A stretch of 64,000 nucleotides of DNA from NCBI GenBank assembly GCA_977018835.1, contig OZ361259.1:4154001-4218000 (forward strand). The letters are read 5' to 3'. A program made the translations under genes and the position numbers. Within the stretch, counting starts at the first letter, position 1; the number at the start of each line of letters is the position of its first letter. The notes under the pieces were generated by a model. It was not told the DNA's origin and searched no databases. It was given only the letters and a program-made list of their open reading frames with translations. The stretch is from Minutocellus sp. GHC0000111 (Eukaryota). Shown here in pieces: positions 22,250 to 33,966 of the stretch.

Positions 22250-23086
22250 TCAAGCCGCGCATTTTTCCGGCTCATTTTCGAGGATAGTCCCTATTTGCTG
22301 GGCAACAGCTGCTGGTCTTCCGTTGCCATCCACAGTGACCATAATGTCTTGAAAGATGGATTTCACTGTGTTCACATGAGAGTGGAATTGCGACAGTCGG
22401 CTCTTTGCCTTTTCCTCCGTATCGTCACTTCTTGTAATGAGCCTTTCCATTATCTCCTCTGGCGGTGGCTTAAACTTGAGATGATAGATTGACCCATCAA
22501 CAGGATCTATGCGACGACCAACTATCCTCTCCACAAGAGCGTCGTCGTCAACGTCTATGAAGAGAAATGTATCGGGCTCGATTCCCATTGTTTTCAGTGC
22601 TAATGCCTGCTGACGAGTTCTCGGAAAGCCGTCAAGCAAATAACCTCGCTCCTGACAATCTGGCTGGTTTATTCTATCTCTGACTAGCTTCACTATTACA
22701 TCGTCAGGCACAAGCCGTCCTGAGTCCATGTACTCTTTCGCAAGCAGTCCAACCTCGGTTCGATCGGCGACCGCCGATCGCAGCATATCTCCAGTTGACA
22801 AGTGAACAAGGCCAAATCGGTCTTTGATCATTTCGCATTGCGTTCCCTTCCCGCTCGCAGGAGGACCCATGACGATTACTCTTCGTGGCTGCCGCCGATC
22901 ATCGGAGAGACGGCTTCTTCGTTTGTTTGATGGCAGCACGCCGAATGGTTTTTGTAGGAAATGCGATGCTGTCTCGCTACGGGATTTGACTGCGGTTGCC
23001 GAGGCAGCGGCGGCGGCCGACACATGATGATGACAACTTGCGGCCAGGCATGCTGCAATCAGTAGAAAGGATCTTGCGTGATGCAT
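22250..23086 (-). CDS. ADK: Adenylate kinase with N-terminal signal/transit peptide
   Basis: GPPASGKGT, HLSTGDMLR, GYLLDGFPRT, GRRIDP and RSDDTEE. Confidence 0.95.
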   Translation of the reverse strand: MHHARSFLLIAACLAASCHHHVSAAAAASATAVKSRSETASHFLQKPFGVLPSNKRRSRLSDDRRQPRRVIVMGPPASGKGTQCEMIKDRFGLVHLSTGDMLRSAVADRTEVGLLAKEYMDSGRLVPDDVIVKLVRDRINQPDCQERGYLLDGFPRTRQQALALKTMGIEPDTFLFIDVDDDALVERIVGRRIDPVDGSIYHLKFKPPPEEIMERLITRSDDTEEKAKSRLSQFHSHVNTVKSIFQDIMVTVDGNGRPAAVAQQIGTILENEPEKCAA

Positions 23087-23525
23087 GTTGTTGGATACTT
23101 TTGAGAAGTAAATGGATCGGATTGTCCGCATGAGTTGCACTTCCAGCAAGAAAGAACATGCATTCGCTCGTGCGTTCCCGTTCGAAAGACATCGCACGTG
23201 CAGAATGGCTCGGCCGACTTTCGAGATGCGACTTTGGCATGCGGTCGTCATATTCAACTCGAGGCCAGCCAGCCAGCCAGACCACCAGCCAGCAGGCACG
23301 ACGCTGGCGGCATGGCTGGCGCTCGTGATCCCCCGCTAAAGACTCTGCGCGCCAATTTGTCTCATAATACAGTCCAATGGATCTCATCAATTAGACTCTA
23401 CAGATTATAAGTAATTATATACATGATAAGTCCTTTAGATCTATCGGTATTCACCTCTTTCTCAAGCGGAGAAAATTTTAATTTCTCGTCATAGAGAGTC
23501 TACATGTTAAAAATGCAACCAATCA

Positions 23526-24557
23526 TCATCCCACAACTCCACGCACCGAGGAAAGGAGCAAGCTCCAAAGATATAATTTGCATTCCAATTTGGCCACCAA
23601 ATCTTCTTCCTCCAATGAATCGTGTGCCAGGTTGTCACCCCGACTCTCCTCTTCTACTGATCCATAATCTTCTCCCATATTATTGAAGGGCATAAGCATG
23701 CCTCTTAATGTGTCATCCTCTCCACCAACAAAGCTCTTTTCGCCCAAAACCTCCTTGTATATGCTGCGCAGTTCCTTCAGTTTGGAGTTTAATGCATCGA
23801 TAAGAGGCTGGTATGGCTCGGCAACCAATTCAGTGTCCTTTTGAGTTGTCGCATTCTTCCGGCCCAATAATTTGGTGACTAGAGTCCATGAATTCACATT
23901 TCGATTCTGCGGCATATGACCATGCTGATGATCCTTCCGACTCATCGGCATATCTACCGGAGTATTAGTGCCGACACCAACGGATCTTGCCGGGCTCAAC
24001 TTTCCAGTGCGCAAGAGTGGAGTCGACGGTACTGGTGAGGATTGCCCGCTGCGAATGCCGTTACTACTGCTCGATGGCTTCATTCCGATTCCGCCGATGC
24101 CTTCATTGAGAATGTGCTCTGCAGACTCGTAGACAGCTTGGGATTTGGTTGCTTTATCTCTGGCCGTGGCCAGATCGCCACGATTGGTCAAGAAGACATT
24201 TATCAGATGCCACACCTCCTCCCTCACCTTATTGTCGACGGAGGCTGTTGTTGCCGAAGGTTCGGCAGCTGAGTTTCCCACCGTGCTTGCATCGTTGTCG
24301 GCCGCATACAACGACCGAAGCATCACGAGATGGCATGGAAGAAATCGACCGGGGAGGACTGATTTGTTGGCATCTACACGAGCCTTCTTTGTGGCTGGTG
24401 GTTGCGGTAACGCAGAACTGCCGAGTTGCTGTGCATGAGGAGTCGCCGTCGCACGCTTGGAGCTCATGGTGTCCGCCGTAGCAGAACGAGTGGTCACCGC
24501 GGTCGCACAAAAAGGTAAGTGAGTGGCTGGTGGTTTTATTTGAGCGTTGGTATCCAA
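23526..24557 (-). CDS. Hypothetical protein
   Basis: 343-aa ORF with no recognised motif; the true start may be the internal MSSKRA. Confidence 0.6.
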   Translation of the reverse strand: MDTNAQIKPPATHLPFCATAVTTRSATADTMSSKRATATPHAQQLGSSALPQPPATKKARVDANKSVLPGRFLPCHLVMLRSLYAADNDASTVGNSAAEPSATTASVDNKVREEVWHLINVFLTNRGDLATARDKATKSQAVYESAEHILNEGIGGIGMKPSSSSNGIRSGQSSPVPSTPLLRTGKLSPARSVGVGTNTPVDMPMSRKDHQHGHMPQNRNVNSWTLVTKLLGRKNATTQKDTELVAEPYQPLIDALNSKLKELRSIYKEVLGEKSFVGGEDDTLRGMLMPFNNMGEDYGSVEEESRGDNLAHDSLEEEDLVAKLECKLYLWSLLLSSVRGVVG

Positions 24558-24736
24558 AGCTGATGTGTGTAAACGTGTGGTTATTATTGTTGTTGTGGTG
24601 GTGGTGGTATCGCATCGGTATCCAGTTGCCCGCCCGCGCGGCCCTTCTTGCGGTAGCTGATCCCGTTTTTCGTTTCGTTCGTGCTCTAAATCAAGTCGGG
24701 TGGTTCATAAATCAACTGATTCAATATCAAAGCAAT

Positions 24737-25350
24737 ATGGGACATACGAAGCAATCACAGAAAATAACACGGGCGGAGCTCGATGAGAAGCTTTCCCTAT
24801 CGATCCCTTCGCGCGAGCTCCTCGAGGAGCTCGCAGTCGCGTGTGCGGAGGACCCGACGCCAGATAAAACGTTCCAATATGCATTCTGCCTCTCAAAGTC
24901 CAGGCAAGAAAGCGAGCTGAGATATGCTGTCACCATCCTGGACAGTCTCGTCAAGGAGGGATATGAACATCAGATCGACTGTATGATTGGATCCGCGACT
25001 GCGTTGTATCTGCTCGGAGATTTTGAGGAGGGGCAGTGAGTCAAAAGTCGAGTGTTGGCTTGGTGGATGTTTCGTTCGTGCATTCGTGCGTCATGAAGTT
25101 AATCCGCACATCTACAGCCTGTGACTAACCCACTTGTTCTTTGCCATTCCATGTTTACAGACGAAGATGTGAGGCCATTTTGCGGAGCAAACCAGATAGT
25201 CGGGCGGCGGCTGAATTGCATCTGGCATGCATCGACGGAAAGGAGGAGAGAGAACAACGGCTAGCGAAGAAGGCAGCTGCCGGGACTGTCGCAGTTGCAG
25301 CTCTTGGGGCTGCGGTTGCGATCGGTGGTATGCTCATGAGCAAGCGGTGA
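24737..25350 (+). CDS. FIS1: Mitochondrial fission protein Fis1 (TPR + C-terminal anchor), 2 exons
   Basis: FQYAFCLSKS...AVTILDSL...ALYLLGDFEEG|QRRCEAILRSKPDSRAA, then a hydrophobic tail and SKR. Confidence 0.82.
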
Positions 25351-25782
25351 GGCTATTCGACAGCGGTGTCAGTTGAGTCCAGATGCTACCCACATACGCG
25401 ATGGAGTTTGTAAATTTGAAAGGGTTTCTGCCAGTACTGGCTAGAGACTAAGAGAGAATGGATTGGATATTTTATCGGCCAAGGCAATAAGACAACCGAG
25501 ATACCGAGCATTCCTCACCAATCTTGACTGGCACAACAGAAGGAATTGCGCACTCAATATTCCGGTAATACCCAATAGGTTGTGCGTGCGTTATCGTTGT
25601 TTGCTTAAGTTATATAGCCTTCCCACGATCCATCTTGCAATTTGTAATTCCATTGCTTATCCTTTGCTTGGGCGGGGCTTTCTCTCTCTTTATGGGAAAG
25701 TTCTTGTCCGTTACTTGGCCATGGTACAGGAGCGCTCCCAAACCTCCCATTAGACATTTTTTCGATTCCATCTTCGACTCTA

Positions 25783-26979
25783 TTAAACAATGTGAGTCGC
25801 ATCATCTATGGAATTCTGAAGCCACAACATCACCAACAGTGAGATGCTGGAAATGACACCAGTGGTAGTTGTCGACTTGGTATCTTCGAACGCCTCCGAT
25901 AGCAGCTCAAAAATCGCAACCCACGCCATGGCACCACCAGCGAAACCCAGTCCAACAGGCAAGATCGGGATGAAGTAATGCACAAAGATGAATGCCGGTA
26001 CAGCCATCAATGGTTGCGGAATACTAGTGCCGATGCACCACAGAGCCGCCGTAAGCAAATGTACCCTCTGGGGCAAGAGAGCGACTGCCACAGCCAATCC
26101 CTCGGGGACGTTGTGCACTGCAAGACTTGCCGATATGAAAACACCAAGCTCGCTGCCATTCTCACCGCCGAAGCTCACACCGATACCAACGCCTTCCGAA
26201 AAGGAATGCAGAGTCATTACAAAGATGATGAGCATGATGCGACGGAAGTCAGCACCGGCGAGGTCACCGATGTGATACTCCTCATGCTGTTCCAAAAATC
26301 GCTTAGTGCCCACAATGAAGCACAGGCCAAGGACGCCGCCAATAAGAGTGCGCATCGAACTTGAAATTTCGGAAGTATCTTCCGGCTCCTCAAAGGTGCA
26401 ACCCTCCGCTATGAGAGAGTAACTGGCGGCAATCATCATACCAGCAGCGACAGCTACGAATTTGTAAAACGTTGAGGGGCGCATTATATCAGAATGCGCG
26501 AGGATTACACATAACATAGCCCCACACGAGCCAGAGATGAAGCGATTTGCAATACAATACACAACAAGCACATAAGTGCACAACTACGCTCCTGGTCAAA
26601 AGTACTCACCATTCGAAACTCCCACCCAGAACTTATCGAGATCAGGAGCGAAGATAAGGGGAACAACGCCCAGGCCAGTGCTGAGTGCTGAAATCCAGCC
26701 GTAGTACCAAACATGCTGAAGCGTCGGCCGACCAACAGGTTGCAGCGAGTCGGGAAGAGTAAAGTAACTGATGAGAGCGACAACGACGGCGCCGATTATG
26801 GTTGACTTGGATGTCGTTTGGGGCTGCTTCGGCGATTCCACCACTTCATCGGTCTTCTTACTGGTCACATTTTCCGTGCCATTTTTTGCGGCCCTTTTAG
26901 CGGCGCTTCGCGTTTGAGGAGCCGACCTTGGCTGTCTCTGCGGCGTATTGCCAGCCCTTTGAGCTCTTGTTTGGACCAT
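25783..26979 (-). CDS. ZIP-family metal transporter (ZupT/ZIP11-like), 2 exons
   Basis: STGLGVVP, AAGMMIAAS, MTLHSFSEGVGIGVSF, AVHNVPEGLAV and FAGGAM. Confidence 0.92.
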
Positions 26980-27450
26980 TTCCTTCAATTAATTGATGTG
27001 ATTATGGGGGTGGGGGGGTCAAGACAAATGACGTTTTTGGTGAATGTTTTGCCGTTTGCGCTGTGGTGAACTTCTTCCGGCGGCAGGGATACAGAAATCT
27101 TCCCAGACTTTTACAAGATATATATGTTCGGATTGAAAAGCTGGTTCTGGCGCTTCACTTCGAGAGGATGTGCCAGCGAACGCTCTTATTCGATGTTATC
27201 GGAGGAAGCGAAGGCGATGTCAAGCCGTCAAAAAGCATCGCAACGTTGAACAACAAGCACACGCACGAAGCGAAGTTGAGACGGGTGCGGACGACGGGAA
27301 GACTATCGACGTATGTACTCTACTAGGCCTAGTACGTACGGCCTACGGCCAGCCAGGAACACGTCACAGGCTGATTTGACGCAGACATCGATCGGTCCTC
27401 CTCTTGATGCCCTTGTCATTGATTCCAGAGTACTCCCTCCCCTCACCAAA

Positions 27451-28049
27451 ATGATCGGCCGCCGTCTTGCTACCATCGCCACCGTAGTGTGCGCTTCGTC
27501 CGTGTCTGCATTTGCCCCCGCACAGCAGCACTCCTCCTCCAGAATTGCCTCCACCGAGCTCAACATCTTTGGTGGCCTAAAGGATGCCTTCTCGAATGAC
27601 GATTCCCTCGGCAAAGTCCAGAACGCTGGTCTTACCGGTGGGCTCAAGGTCAACGAGAATGTGTCGATCAATGGAAAGCCCGTAAATGCCGTCGTCGGCC
27701 AAAAAGTCAGCCAAGTAGCAGTGAGTTTTGGTTTTCGGTCACACGTATACGATTCCATGCTCTTTTGTACGTTGTTTTGTTCAAGAATTCTCACACTCGT
27801 TCATGGTTCGTGACACCAACCTGATGATCTGGCTTGTATCCTCCTTGTCGCTGTTAGGCATCCGCCCGAGTCAAGATTCCCTATTCATGCAAAAATGGAG
27901 ATTGTGGGACGTGCATGGTAAAGATTAATGGACGCAACAAGAAGGCTTGCCAGGCTACTATTCCCAATGGAAAATGCGCCATTTCTGTGAATTTGGAGGA
28001 CTGCTATAGATCCCAGGCAGAGCCAACTACTTGCCGTGGAGTCAGCTGA
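27451..28049 (+). CDS. Plastid-targeted 2Fe-2S ferredoxin-like protein (intron 27721-27858)
   Basis: Signal peptide + VSA-FAP; KIPYSCKNGDCGTCMVKING...KACQ. The 3' end is uncertain. Confidence 0.82.
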
Positions 28050-28296
28050 GACATACAGTAAATAAATCTGGATTTGATGTTTCTATTCTTCCGCCGGTGC
28101 AATCAACAGTAAGTCCCGCTGGGAAATGACTTTGGTATATTTGATGACGAATGATAAAGGTGTGTGGCGGCGGTAGAATTCGAAGCCTGGTGATTCGAAA
28201 AGGCATAGTAAAGCGAGAGACAGGTTCGCAGCTACGTAACCAGCGTATAATAGACATTCCGCGATGCATTAATCCATTACGATCGCACCGGTGTAT

Positions 28297-30672
28297 TCAT
28301 GCTAGCTTTACGATACAAAAAGCTCTATGAGCTTCGAAATCAAATGAGACTTTTCCTTCCGCAGCTTCTCCAGATTGAACCTGACGAAGTAATTTGTGTA
28401 GGAAAAGAGAATTGCCAATGCAAACTTTGGCAAGACTTTTCAGCTCGGCTCTCCGAATCGGCAGATAACAGTTGTCGCCGTCGGCTTCGTCTCCAATATC
28501 TGATAGCAACTTATCGACTACTGTCTTGCTAGCTTTGAAACAATCCATCGCCGATGCAATGAGCGTTTGCTGGCTGACATCTGCATGCGAATATCCTTGT
28601 TCAAAGTCATCATACGTCAATGTTGGCGGAGTCGAAATCCCTGCAAAAGCCTCATAACGTTTAGAGAAACGTTTTCGCTGAGATGTGAACTCATAGCTTG
28701 GTGTTTTCACCAGACCAGCCTGATCCAATGCCGCAATAAATTGCACAATGCCCCGACATAATGTCCGCTTCAGATTATTCAGCATCAGCTCAACGCCGTC
28801 TTCCATGTCCTCCTTGCTCTCCCTAAGGGCGTCCATTTTAGCAGACGTTTGGGCGCGCTTACTATTTGCACCGCCCTTCTTCCCCTTCTTCTTGGAGCGG
28901 CCATTGCCCGCGACCTTCGATTCTGACGCGGCCCGAGTCGCCTCCTCTTCAAGTGCGGCCACTCTTGCCGCCAGTACCTTTTGTTGGACTTTCGCCTTGC
29001 GCATAAACGTAGACGCACTCAATTGTGCAGAGAGCACAAAGGCTCGGTACCAGAAGGCTATCGCCAGATCATGGTGACTCCAAAGAAGTCCGAGCTCCAC
29101 TTGAAGGCTGAGATAATGAGCCATGATTGCGGTTGTGAGTGAGGCTGTATAATTTGCTAGATAGGCTGACATTTGATCCATTTCGCCGATATCTAACTCT
29201 TGGTGAAAGAAATAGTCAAGCGACACTGCCTCCTGCTGAAGAAGAGGCCACTCCTTTATGACCAATACATCCATGTACACATGCTGACGATTTCGATTCA
29301 GAGCCAATAGCTTGAGTGTGTCGTAGATAGGCTTTCCCAAACGCATCACGAACGCTTGGCATTGCTGGGTCTCCGTTATCGCTGTTGGGATCCCACCAAG
29401 TTGGCGCATGTGCTCAATGACAAGCAACTTGATGTCATATTGGCCCAGGATCAGATCATCAAAGTACAAGCTGAGAACAATGAGGGATCGATTCAAAATG
29501 TTGACCGTAGACTTCGATACATGCTCAAGCATCCGCTTGATCCGGCCGAGGGTCGACCCTTTCAGGAGCAGGTCGCAAACAGCCCAATCCATCTCCGCGA
29601 TAATATCTATCAAACCCGAAAGAGCAACTACCGGTGTCTTGAACTTCACCTTGCGGACTGGCGTGTTGCCCATTAGACTCCTACAAAGGTAGGGATCAAA
29701 TGCGGAATCGATAATTCGTTTGGAATGGCTGCTACCAGCACCGCCATCTGATGCGCTGTCCTTAGCTGCCGCTTGCATCGTTGTGAGCAACTCTTTCCCT
29801 CGCTTCAGACATTTCACCAACAGACCAGATTTGACGTCCTCAACTATCGACCTCACACTTTCCGATTTAAGTGTCGACATCGTCGCACAGATGTCGAAAA
29901 GAGTAAGCTGGAATTGAAGCAGCAGGATCAAGGCCTTGGCATCATCCTTGTCGGGGGCATTGCTCGGGACTTTCCTGAGCGCATCGATTGCCGAATTGAT
30001 CACATTGGCCATGGCGATTAGGTTCACCCGAGGAGCGAACAAGAATCCCTGAGTGTTGAGAGTAAAATCCTCTTCCTCGTATATATCTGCACTCATCGCA
30101 ATGGTCCGGATGGAATCATTGAGCTTGACCAAAACAAGTGCCGATGCGTACACTGCATGCTTTGCTGCATGGACTGAGGATGAAATAGCATCGGCATCTG
30201 CATTACCAGTAGCAGCTTCCATCAATTCCGTGGCCATGTCCGCCAGCACATCATCGTGCGCGTAGAGGTAGGAATATGTCGACTCGGCGGCTCCTGCTCC
30301 GTCGAGGACGGCATACAGGCGTGTAAGGGCCTCGAGTGCAATGATCCGTGCATCCGACAGAGTGAGGTCGTCCCAAAGGAGGGTGGAGGAGACCAGCGGG
30401 TGACGGAGGCCAGTTGGCAGCCTCCGGGGAGGGACAGTCTTTCGGAAACTCTGACTTCCGTCGTTATTGGTGCCAGCGATGGTCAATTCACAGCAGTCCA
30501 TCTTGGCATCGGTCACCTCAAGTGCCGACATGGACTCTTGGAGGCTGAAGGTGGCGGCATCGCGAAGGATGGGGTCGTCGTGGGTGAGGGATGAGGCCGC
30601 CCTCTCGACGAGTGATGTAATGTCAAGCAACAACGGCGCTTCGGCGCTTGCCCGGTGGTCGGAGGACGACAT
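28297..30672 (-). CDS. NAA35: NatC auxiliary subunit NAA35/Mak10
   Basis: FSLQESMSALEVTDAKMDC, ADIYEEEDF, NRNRQ, VELGLL and RFSKRYEAF. Confidence 0.88.
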   Translation of the reverse strand: MSSSDHRASAEAPLLLDITSLVERAASSLTHDDPILRDAATFSLQESMSALEVTDAKMDCCELTIAGTNNDGSQSFRKTVPPRRLPTGLRHPLVSSTLLWDDLTLSDARIIALEALTRLYAVLDGAGAAESTYSYLYAHDDVLADMATELMEAATGNADADAISSSVHAAKHAVYASALVLVKLNDSIRTIAMSADIYEEEDFTLNTQGFLFAPRVNLIAMANVINSAIDALRKVPSNAPDKDDAKALILLLQFQLTLFDICATMSTLKSESVRSIVEDVKSGLLVKCLKRGKELLTTMQAAAKDSASDGGAGSSHSKRIIDSAFDPYLCRSLMGNTPVRKVKFKTPVVALSGLIDIIAEMDWAVCDLLLKGSTLGRIKRMLEHVSKSTVNILNRSLIVLSLYFDDLILGQYDIKLLVIEHMRQLGGIPTAITETQQCQAFVMRLGKPIYDTLKLLALNRNRQHVYMDVLVIKEWPLLQQEAVSLDYFFHQELDIGEMDQMSAYLANYTASLTTAIMAHYLSLQVELGLLWSHHDLAIAFWYRAFVLSAQLSASTFMRKAKVQQKVLAARVAALEEEATRAASESKVAGNGRSKKKGKKGGANSKRAQTSAKMDALRESKEDMEDGVELMLNNLKRTLCRGIVQFIAALDQAGLVKTPSYEFTSQRKRFSKRYEAFAGISTPPTLTYDDFEQGYSHADVSQQTLIASAMDCFKASKTVVDKLLSDIGDEADGDNCYLPIRRAELKSLAKVCIGNSLFLHKLLRQVQSGEAAEGKVSFDFEAHRAFCIVKLA

Positions 30673-30937
30673 ACCGGGAGTATCTGCCGATGCGAATCGT
30701 TTCTATCGGAGAGTTGTGGCGGGTCGGTCGGGTGGTCGCCTGTGTGGTTGGCGTGTGGTTAGGGTTGTCCGGTGCGGTGGCGATTGCGCGCGGCAGCTGT
30801 GTGTAATACGTAGGCCTACCGTATTTTCAATGCGTAGCGTGAAAGGTCTTTTCGATCCCACCAATTTCTGCTGTTTGGAGATGCATTAGTTCATATCTTG
30901 TTGCGATATTCGTTCAAATACATTGCAGGCAAGAAAG

Positions 30938-32026
30938 ATGGATGACAGTGAGCCAATCAACGCTCTCGAGAAGTACGATGAAGATTCTTCGTCGTCGCCA
31001 TCCGCCTCAGAGCCAATTCCGCGTCTGGCAAGCTCTCCAGATGCCGAAGATAATGAGACACGAAAAGATCAAAATACAGACAACGACGAAGACAACAATG
31101 GCCCTTTGCCTTCTCCTACGTCAGACACTAAACCTCCAAAGGTGTGCGATCATCGTTCATACAATCAGACATTTGCAAGTTCTGGTTACCTATTCGAGGA
31201 GATCGAGAGGGCGTATTCTCTCTCGGACCTTGATCCCCCTGCGTCCCCCCTCGAAAAAATGAGGGATTGGTGGTTACGATTCCTCGGTGGTAAAGTCCAC
31301 TTCTGGATAGGAGTTGTTGTGATGATTTTCATCATTGCTGATGGTGCATTCTTTTTCTTTCTTTTGGTTGGTGCACATGGATTGTGTCGGCCACGAACAG
31401 ATTGTGACCCTAGAAACTGGTGGTACAATTTCAGCATACAGTTTCTGAATGTTTTGTTCACATATCTGGCAACGATCACCTTGCCCTGGAGGATCTCGAA
31501 TGCAGTGCACTTATTTGGTAAAAGGAGGTCATCGAAACCTGGCCTTGACCTGTATGGTCAGCCAACAGAAGAAATATGGTATCACTGCCGGCGAGCCAAA
31601 CGCAAGGTTGTTGTAGTGCTCCTTCTGCTCAACAGTGGCACGCAGTGGGCTAATCAGGCAAGTAGGATTGTATTCTACAGTTACGAGCTGCAAGATAGCT
31701 TCCCTGGATCGCTTTGGACGAATATTTTCTTCGTATCATCGATGCTCTGCGCTGGTATTGCCGGCTTTGCCCAGCTACACGAAGAAATGAAGGTTCGACG
31801 AGAGCACCAGGATAGATTTCCACCTGGCCTTGTTGACATCGTAAAACACTATCTGAAGGTTGTTTGCTGTCAAAAGAATCAGTGCAATAGTGAGGAATGC
31901 GAGGGAGATGTTGAAGATCAGCGACCGCTTCCTGAGAGAGAAGAGAGTGAACGGAAGCGTTGTTTGCATGGCCTTCGGAAATTGCTGGTGAATGATAAGA
32001 CCAGTTTGGATCTTTGGGGATTGTAA
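30938..32026 (+). CDS. Multi-pass membrane protein (possibly DUF2985-like)
   Basis: Four hydrophobic segments; WWYNFSIQFLNVLFTY...PWR motif. Confidence 0.6.
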   Translation: MDDSEPINALEKYDEDSSSSPSASEPIPRLASSPDAEDNETRKDQNTDNDEDNNGPLPSPTSDTKPPKVCDHRSYNQTFASSGYLFEEIERAYSLSDLDPPASPLEKMRDWWLRFLGGKVHFWIGVVVMIFIIADGAFFFFLLVGAHGLCRPRTDCDPRNWWYNFSIQFLNVLFTYLATITLPWRISNAVHLFGKRRSSKPGLDLYGQPTEEIWYHCRRAKRKVVVVLLLLNSGTQWANQASRIVFYSYELQDSFPGSLWTNIFFVSSMLCAGIAGFAQLHEEMKVRREHQDRFPPGLVDIVKHYLKVVCCQKNQCNSEECEGDVEDQRPLPEREESERKRCLHGLRKLLVNDKTSLDLWGL

Positions 32027-32300
32027 TGTTGGGGTCTACTAGCTAGACCTACCTCATAACTGTAGTTAGACTCCATTTGTCGCCTATATAGGCCGTGGAA
32101 TATTCCCACCTTCAATCTTCACGGACCAGTGCGTCGATCTTCTCGCTCGCACCGTAGATTGTACGAGTTTTTGTCGAACGAGTCCAAAATCATCAGACAG
32201 AAGAGGCGGCCGAAGATCCATCCAACCAAAATCCTGACCACCAATTTTGAATACTAGTACCCCCAAATTGCCGCCACGTACCTCTGTCTCCTTGCGAACA

Positions 32301-33914
32301 ATGAAGGTTCCTGCTGATGAGACCAGCCCGTTGTTGGTCACAAACATCCAAAATAATGAGAATGCTTCAAACAGCAGAAATTCCGGTGAGCGTGTGCCTT
32401 TGCTTCCTGTTGTGGTGGCTCTCGTCGCTGCTTTAGTTTTCGTGGGCTACTACCAAAGATTCACTCCTCGGCGAGTCCAGTTGCAGCAAACAGAAAGAAT
32501 CATCGAGACAATATCACTGGGTGACGCCGATACAATGTTTCCAGACAACTTTATATGGGGATCGGCAACGTCAGCATATCAGATAGAAGGTTCAACTCAC
32601 AAAGATGGAAGAGGTACATCTATTTGGGACACGTGGTGCGATGATCCAAACAATTGTGCAGGGGACACAGCTGATGTTGCCTGCGACCATTACCACAAAA
32701 TAAAGGAGGATGTAAGTTTGATGAAAGATATCGGGCTCCAGGCATATCGGTTCTCTATATCTTGGCCAAGAATATTTCCTATGGGCAACGATCGTCAGCC
32801 AAATCGCAAAGGAATCCGGTTCTACAACATGCTGATTGACGAGCTGGTGGCAAATGGCATCACCCCTTGGGTTACACTTTATCACTGGGACCTTCCACAA
32901 AACTTGGAGGATCAATACGGTGGATGGCTTGGTCCGCAGATTATAGATGATTTTTCTCGGTATGCCAGCACTTGTTTTGAAGTATTTGGTGATCGAGTCA
33001 AGCATTGGATCACAATAAATGAAGCATGGACTGTAGCAGTGCACGGGTATGATCAAGGAGTAAAAGCGCCAGGGCATGTGAGTTCGACAGAGCCATATTT
33101 AGTTGCTCATAATTTACTCCTGGCGCATGCAAAAGCTGTTAAGAGATATAGGGATGAATATGCAGAAGTCCAGGGCGGAATAATTGGGATACGCAATTCG
33201 GGAGATTATCGCTATCCACTAGATGCTGACAGTGCTGCCGACACTGCAGCCGCAAATCGTGCAATCGAGTGGCAGCTTGCATGGTTCACTGATCCTATTT
33301 TTGCCGATGGAGATTATCCTCAATCAATGAAAGCAATTCTGGGCAAGCGCCTTCCGACATTTACAGAACAAGAACGCAGGGAAGTAGTGGGATCCGCCGA
33401 TTTCTTCGGTTTGAATCATTACTCGTCGGCTCTGTCATCTGAACCCACGACCAAGGCAACATTTTCAGGAGAATACTGGGTAGATCAGCAAGTCGATTAC
33501 AGCTCCGATCGCATTTGGAAGAAAAACTGTATGGGATGGAATATAGTCCCTGATGGTGGCAGAAAACTTCTCCTTTGGATCAAAGACCGCTACGATAATC
33601 CTCCAATATACATTACTGAAAACGGAAGCTGTGAAGATGAGCCAACTCTTGCATCATCTCAGAATGATACTGGCCGCCGTGACTATCTTGAAGGGTACAT
33701 CCGAGCCTTTGGAAAAGCGATACAAGAAGGGGTAAGTCTTCGAGGATATTTTGCTTGGAGCCTGATGGATAATTTTGAGTGGAGTTTTGGGCTGAAGAAG
33801 CGATTCGGTATCGTTCGAGTTGACTTTGATACCTTGGAACGCCACCTCAAGCTGTCTGCCCGGTGGTACAATGACACTATTCGATCCAATGGGCGTAACA
33901 TTGGTGCCTATTAG
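32301..33914 (+). CDS. Glycoside hydrolase family 1 beta-glucosidase, type II membrane-anchored
   Basis: FIWGSATSAYQIEG, YRFSISWPRI, TLYHWDLP, TINEAW (acid/base), ITENG (nucleophile) and WSLMDNFEW. Confidence 0.95.
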   Translation: MKVPADETSPLLVTNIQNNENASNSRNSGERVPLLPVVVALVAALVFVGYYQRFTPRRVQLQQTERIIETISLGDADTMFPDNFIWGSATSAYQIEGSTHKDGRGTSIWDTWCDDPNNCAGDTADVACDHYHKIKEDVSLMKDIGLQAYRFSISWPRIFPMGNDRQPNRKGIRFYNMLIDELVANGITPWVTLYHWDLPQNLEDQYGGWLGPQIIDDFSRYASTCFEVFGDRVKHWITINEAWTVAVHGYDQGVKAPGHVSSTEPYLVAHNLLLAHAKAVKRYRDEYAEVQGGIIGIRNSGDYRYPLDADSAADTAAANRAIEWQLAWFTDPIFADGDYPQSMKAILGKRLPTFTEQERREVVGSADFFGLNHYSSALSSEPTTKATFSGEYWVDQQVDYSSDRIWKKNCMGWNIVPDGGRKLLLWIKDRYDNPPIYITENGSCEDEPTLASSQNDTGRRDYLEGYIRAFGKAIQEGVSLRGYFAWSLMDNFEWSFGLKKRFGIVRVDFDTLERHLKLSARWYNDTIRSNGRNIGAY

Positions 33915-33966
33915 CTAGTTTCAAAGATAAAGTTTCCAAGAAGTACCTAGCTAGGTAATATTATGT

